Positions 59,257 through 64,000 of a DNA stretch of 64,000 nucleotides are shown in pieces. The notes beneath the pieces are model-generated. The model saw only the letters and a list, made by a program, of their open reading frames with translations, was not told the DNA's origin and ran no database searches. The position numbers were made by a program, and so were the translations under genes. The stretch's first letter is position 1. The number at the start of each line of letters is the position of its first letter. Origin of the DNA: an uncultured Chloroflexia bacterium (GTDB taxonomy: Bacteria; Chloroflexota; Chloroflexia; Thermomicrobiales; UBA6265); contig CAVRUC010000004.1 in NCBI GenBank assembly GCA_963724295.1, forward strand, positions 331,551 through 395,550, written 5' to 3'.

Positions 59257-60360
59257 ATGGAAGATCAGCCTGTGAATCTCTTGCGTGTGGGTGTCGTCGG
59301 TGCTGGCGCCTGGTCCCGTGCAGCGCACGTGCCGGGATTTCAGGCGACACCCGGCGTGAGTCTCGTGGCCATCTGCGATGCGGACGTCAGTCGAGCGCAG
59401 CAGGTCGCGGACGAAGCCGGAATCTCGCGCGCGTACGCCTCGGCAGCTGCCATGCTCGCGGAGGAAACGCTGGATCTCGTCAGCATCGTCACGCCGGATG
59501 ATTGCCACCGTGCCGACGTCGAACTCGCGCTCACCGCCGGTGCCCATGTCCTCTGTGAGAAGCCCTTGGCGACAACCGTTCAGGATGCCCGGGCCCTCGC
59601 GTCCCTCGCAGAATCGGCTGGGGTACGGACCAGGGTTGGATTCGTGCTCCGCTATGCGCCGTCGATGTTGATGCTGCGGGAACTGGTCACCAGCGGGGCA
59701 CTCGGGACCCCGCACCTCCTGCAAGCATTTCAGCAGAACGGACAGTTCCTCGACCCGGCGACTCCCTACCACTGGAAGATGGACCGCGCGCGGACCGGAG
59801 GCGGCGCAATCGTCGAATACGGAATTCACACGCTTGACCTCGCCCGTTGGATCATGGGCGACATCACCAGTGTCTGCGCCACGAGCCGCACCTGGATTCC
59901 GACCCGCCCCCTTCCGGATGAAAGCGGATTCGCCACCGTAGACGTCGATGATGGGACGGCCTGGCTCCTGGAGTTCGCGGGCGGCGCGATCGGCCTCTGC
60001 CATGCCGGCTGGGCAACGACGGGGCGGCCACCTGGGATCGAAGTCCGCGTCTTCGGCACAACCGGTGCTGCCCGGTGCATCCTGTCTGATGAGCTGCCGG
60101 GTGCGGAGGGAATCTGGATATCAGAAGCGGACGGCCATTTTCGCCAAGCCGACATCCCCGCTCATTTCTCTTCCCGGATGCCTGAATCGGGTGCCTGGTG
60201 GTTCCGGTGGCCGGCGCACCTGATCCGCAGTTTCGTTGCGGAAATCGGGGGCAGTGAGTCAGCTGGGCCGACATTCGAGGACGGTGTCGCCGCACAGGAG
60301 GCTCTAGCAGCAGTGCTCCTCGCGGTCAATGAACGGCGCTGGGTCGATCTTCCCCGCTGA
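59257..60360 (+). CDS. Gfo/Idh/MocA family oxidoreductase
   Basis: VGVVGAG, HVLCEKPLA, GGGAIVEYGIH. Confidence 0.92.
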   Translation: MEDQPVNLLRVGVVGAGAWSRAAHVPGFQATPGVSLVAICDADVSRAQQVADEAGISRAYASAAAMLAEETLDLVSIVTPDDCHRADVELALTAGAHVLCEKPLATTVQDARALASLAESAGVRTRVGFVLRYAPSMLMLRELVTSGALGTPHLLQAFQQNGQFLDPATPYHWKMDRARTGGGAIVEYGIHTLDLARWIMGDITSVCATSRTWIPTRPLPDESGFATVDVDDGTAWLLEFAGGAIGLCHAGWATTGRPPGIEVRVFGTTGAARCILSDELPGAEGIWISEADGHFRQADIPAHFSSRMPESGAWWFRWPAHLIRSFVAEIGGSESAGPTFEDGVAAQEALAAVLLAVNERRWVDLPR

Positions 60361-60404
60361 TTGCCGCCGAAACGCGTTTCGGCGGCCATTGCCTATCGCT
60401 TTTT

Positions 60405-61229
60405 TCAACCGTCCTGTCCGGTGACCCAGAAGTAGCGGGGATCATCGTCGATGATCTGTCCGCTCGAGCGCGAGCCAATCCCGGCGCCGCCATCGACGCT
60501 CCAGACGGCTCCCGTGACATACCCGGCCTCATCGGAGGCAAGAAAGAGCACAATCGATGCAACTTCGTCTGGATCACCGGGACGAGCCAAGGGGAGCGTC
60601 GGGATGCGCTTCGCGAGCGCTTCGCCCATGACGGGCGGGAGTGGCTTCGGCTGCGTATCGATGAGTCCGGGACTGACTGTGTTTACCAGAATGTTGTGCG
60701 GCGCAAGCTCGATCGCGGCAACACGGGAGAATGCTTCTGTGGCGGCGCGGCTCGCCGCGTACGCTGAGGCCCCGAGCGTGCCTTTGGTGCTGGCCCCGGA
60801 TGAGAAGTTCACGATGCGGCCGCCCAGGCCCCCGGCGATCATGGCCCGGGCGGCCGCCTGGGTCATGAGAAACGTCCCGCGACAGTTGACCGCAAAGACC
60901 CGATCCCACACCTCGGCGCGCTCCTCCAGGAGCGAGGTGTGGGGCGCGACGGCAGCGTTGTTCACGCATATGTCGAGCCGACCATGGCGACTGACCGCCG
61001 TATCAATGATCCGGTTGGCTCCTGCGTCGCTGGACACATCGGCCACGACGGCTGCAACCTGATCCGCGGATAAGTCCGCGCACGTCTCGCTCAGCCCGGC
61101 CTGGTCGCGATCGGCGGCGATCACCGCGGCACCGGCGTCGACAAACCGGTGCACTATGACGCGGCCGATTCCGCGGGCAGCGCCGGTGACCACGGCAGAT
61201 CTACCGGAAAAATCGAAGCTGACGTTCAC
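60405..61229 (-). CDS. SDR family oxidoreductase
   Basis: TGAARGIG, VNNAA, YAASR (YxxxR variant), PGLIDT, VDGG. Confidence 0.9.
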   Translation of the reverse strand: MNVSFDFSGRSAVVTGAARGIGRVIVHRFVDAGAAVIAADRDQAGLSETCADLSADQVAAVVADVSSDAGANRIIDTAVSRHGRLDICVNNAAVAPHTSLLEERAEVWDRVFAVNCRGTFLMTQAAARAMIAGGLGGRIVNFSSGASTKGTLGASAYAASRAATEAFSRVAAIELAPHNILVNTVSPGLIDTQPKPLPPVMGEALAKRIPTLPLARPGDPDEVASIVLFLASDEAGYVTGAVWSVDGGAGIGSRSSGQIIDDDPRYFWVTGQDG

Positions 61230-61444
61230 CCCGCTCTGGGCCTTTCGCGATCAATCAAGGCTGTGTCGGTTCAGGAGTGTACGACGCGGCAATTTGGTTG
61301 GCTGGTCCCCGATAAACCGTCTGCGAGGAGCCGATACCCCCTTCGCACATTGACAACCGCTGGTCGTGGCCGGACGATGCGGCAGATGCGGGACAGTCCC
61401 GAATCCGTAAGTGATCGACCGTCATTCGAGGCAAGGAGGAAGGC

Positions 61445-62578
61445 ATGGTCCTTCCCATCATAGATCGACGAGTGCGGGTCGGGGTGCTGGGGGCCGGCCG
61501 CTGGGCGCAGATGGCCCATCTCCCAGGCTGGGCACGGGATCCGCGAACTGAGCTTGTCGCCGTTTGCGACATCGAGCCGCAACTCGCCAAGGAGGCTGCG
61601 GCGAAGTTCGGCATCCCGCATGCCGCCACGGATTATCACGACGTCGTCAACCGAGATGATATCGATGTCGTCGACGTCTGCACGCCGAGCCACACGCATT
61701 TCGAACAGGCGATGGCGGCCCTGGAAGCGGGCAAGCACGTGCTCTGCGAGAAACCGGTCGCCTTCGACTTCCGAGACACCCTCCGCGCCGCCGAGCTGGC
61801 TCGCTCTCAGGGGTTGAAAACCAAGCTCGGTTTCACGTTCCGCTATTCGCCTGCCATGCTCTACATGAAGGAAATGGTCGATCAAGGCTTCTGCGGAGAG
61901 CCCTACATCTACAACGCCTACGAGCAAAACTCTCAATGGATCGACCCGCAGACGCCCCTGCGGCAGGGCGACCACGAAGCGGATCAATCGCGCATCCACG
62001 TCTCCTCGCTCGAAGGGTATGGCGCGCCGGTTATCGACATCGCGCGCTGGATGGTTGGCTCGGATTTCACGTCAGTCGTCGGTGTGCTACGCAACTTCGT
62101 GCCCGAGCGGGTGGTACGTGCCACCGGGCGCATGATGCGCATGAACATCGATGATGGGGACATCTTCATCGGCGAGTTCGCCAACGGCGCCATCGGCTCG
62201 GTTCAGACCAGCTTCGTGACCGTCGGCAACTACCCGGGAATCGAGGTCCGCCTCTACGGATCAAAGGGCGCCATCATCACCCGACTGGTCGAAGAATTTG
62301 GTATTGCCGAAACGATCAAGGCCGCAACGCCGGATGACGTCGAGTTCAAGGAACTCACGGTGCCGGACCGGTTCTATCCCGAAGGAGGCAGCCCGAACGA
62401 GACGTGGTTCACCCTCTTCTACGCCAACCTGATCAAGGATTTCCTCGACGAGCTGACCACCGACACGCCGCGGAATCAGGGAAACTTCGACGACGGCGCC
62501 TGGGTGCAAGAGATCATCAACGCCGTTGAGATCTCGCATCACGAGCGGCGCTGGACCGATCTTCCTCTCGCCCGGTGA
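61445..62578 (+). CDS. Gfo/Idh/MocA family oxidoreductase
   Basis: VGVLGAG, GKHVLCEKPVA, RBS AGGAGG. Confidence 0.92.
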   Translation: MVLPIIDRRVRVGVLGAGRWAQMAHLPGWARDPRTELVAVCDIEPQLAKEAAAKFGIPHAATDYHDVVNRDDIDVVDVCTPSHTHFEQAMAALEAGKHVLCEKPVAFDFRDTLRAAELARSQGLKTKLGFTFRYSPAMLYMKEMVDQGFCGEPYIYNAYEQNSQWIDPQTPLRQGDHEADQSRIHVSSLEGYGAPVIDIARWMVGSDFTSVVGVLRNFVPERVVRATGRMMRMNIDDGDIFIGEFANGAIGSVQTSFVTVGNYPGIEVRLYGSKGAIITRLVEEFGIAETIKAATPDDVEFKELTVPDRFYPEGGSPNETWFTLFYANLIKDFLDELTTDTPRNQGNFDDGAWVQEIINAVEISHHERRWTDLPLAR

Positions 62579-62601
62579 CCACCAGTCCGACAGCCGAAGG
62601 T

Positions 62602-64000
62602 ATGGCAGCTAACGAGCGCGCGTTCGACGCGTGGCTGGACCGCTTCTTCGCCCACTACTACGCGACGCGGCCGGTCAACGCGACCTTCATCGGCATCCAC
62701 GACCACGACCACGCGCTGCCCGATTTCTCGCCCTCGGCCACCGCGCGTCAACTCGTGGAGATGCGCCAGCTCCGGGAGGAATTGGCGCAGATACCGACCG
62801 CGGATCTCGATACTGGCCGGCGTCACGACGCCCTGATCGCCGACGGCTACCTCGAACTCCAGATCATGGAGGACGCGCTCCCGCAGTTCCATCGAGGAAA
62901 CCCCGCGGTCTACACCTCGGAAGGCGTCTTCGCGATCCTGTCCCTGTTTCTGCGAGATGCCGAACCGCTCTCCGATCGCGTCGAGGCGGCGATCAGCCGC
63001 ATGCGCGCGCTGCCAGAGTTCCTCGCCCAGGCACGCGCCAACATCTCGAGCGCGCCGGTCGCGTGGACCGACCATGCCCTGCGCGAGGCGCGTGCGAGCG
63101 CCGACTACTTTGACAACGGGGTGCCCCGCCTCGCCGCCGATCGCGGCATCACCAACCCGGAATTCCTGCGCACGGCTGCCGTCGCGCGCGACGCGTACCT
63201 CGAGCATGCTGCATGGCTGGACGGGACGCTCCGGCTGCGCCCGTCGGAGGCATGGAGTTGCGGCCGGGAGGCATTCGATCGCTATCTGAGCCGGGGGCAT
63301 TTCCTGCCACCGGATCGAGACGCGACATGGCTCGAAGGGTTTGCGTCACGGGCGCTACGCGAAGCGCGTGCGGCGCTCGAAGCCCAGGCCGCTGCGCTCG
63401 ATCCGGCGAGATCGTGGTACGACCAACTCGCCGACCTCGCCGATCGTCATCCGTCGCCGAACGACTACTACGCCGCCTTTTCGCGCGTCTGGAACGCCGC
63501 GCGAACGGCGGCAATCGACGCCGATCTGGTGACCTGGCCCGATTTCCCGATCGACTACGTCCCCATTCCGGAGTCGGATCGCGAAGCTGCCGCCGGTCTC
63601 TACTATCTTCCGTACCGCTGTCCGCCGCCGTTCGGCCGGCCAGAGACCCATCGCTACCTGGTGCCGCCCCTCGCTCCGGACCGTGATCCCGCCGAGCAAC
63701 TCCGACAGCTGCGTGCGACGAACGATGCCGTGATCAAACTCAACCACGTGGTTCACCACGGCGGCCTGGGACACCATGTCCAGAACTGGTATGCGTTCCA
63801 CTCGCCTTCCCGCATCGGGCAAATCGCTGGCGTCGACTGTGCCTCACGGATCGCCCTCTTCGCGGCTGGAACCCTGGTCGAAGGCTGGGCGTGTTACGCC
63901 ACCGATCTCATGGAGGAGATCGGCTTCCTGACCCCACTCGAATCGCTGTCCCAGGCGCAGAGCCGGCTGCGCATGGCCGCCCGCGCGGTCGCCGACGTTG
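62602..64000 (+). CDS. DUF885 family protein (runs off the right edge; not in the ORF track)
   Basis: ATG 62602: RPVNATFIGIHDHDHALPD.., VVHHGGLGHHVQ, LVEGWACYATDLMEE. Confidence 0.85.
   Translation, partial: MAANERAFDAWLDRFFAHYYATRPVNATFIGIHDHDHALPDFSPSATARQLVEMRQLREELAQIPTADLDTGRRHDALIADGYLELQIMEDALPQFHRGNPAVYTSEGVFAILSLFLRDAEPLSDRVEAAISRMRALPEFLAQARANISSAPVAWTDHALREARASADYFDNGVPRLAADRGITNPEFLRTAAVARDAYLEHAAWLDGTLRLRPSEAWSCGREAFDRYLSRGHFLPPDRDATWLEGFASRALREARAALEAQAAALDPARSWYDQLADLADRHPSPNDYYAAFSRVWNAARTAAIDADLVTWPDFPIDYVPIPESDREAAAGLYYLPYRCPPPFGRPETHRYLVPPLAPDRDPAEQLRQLRATNDAVIKLNHVVHHGGLGHHVQNWYAFHSPSRIGQIAGVDCASRIALFAAGTLVEGWACYATDLMEEIGFLTPLESLSQAQSRLRMAARAVADV

Overview
GC-rich bacterial chromosome segment. 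Gene content and intergenic repeat style suggest Chloroflexota/Thermomicrobiales (inference). Several single-base frameshifts in otherwise intact genes look like assembly indels. Most of the window is ordinary: cell-wall hydrolases, queG, fabI, two sugar/peptide uptake-catabolism clusters rich in Gfo/Idh/MocA enzymes, and a queuosine-salvage hydrolase. The outstanding feature is a visibly more AT-rich 8-gene island (about 17.5-23.9 kb) between queG and fabI. It encodes a 5-hmdU-DNA-kinase/aGPT-PPlase-like protein divergent from a dUMP-hydroxymethylase-like thymidylate-synthase (TS) homologue. Behind an operator-covered sigma70 promoter then follow an acyl-carrier-like protein, a second degenerate TS-fold protein, a dedicated AcpS, an XRE regulator, an ImmA/IrrE metallopeptidase fused to a chagasin (I42) inhibitor domain, and a papain-like C1 protease. 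This is a candidate undescribed nucleotide/DNA-modification or anti-phage system with a proteolytic switch. Also seen: a promoter-driven ~195-nt rod-shaped ncRNA (6S-like), a tRNA 3'-end fragment marking a probable integration site, and several promoters/operators. All family calls are from motif recognition by eye; no searches were run.
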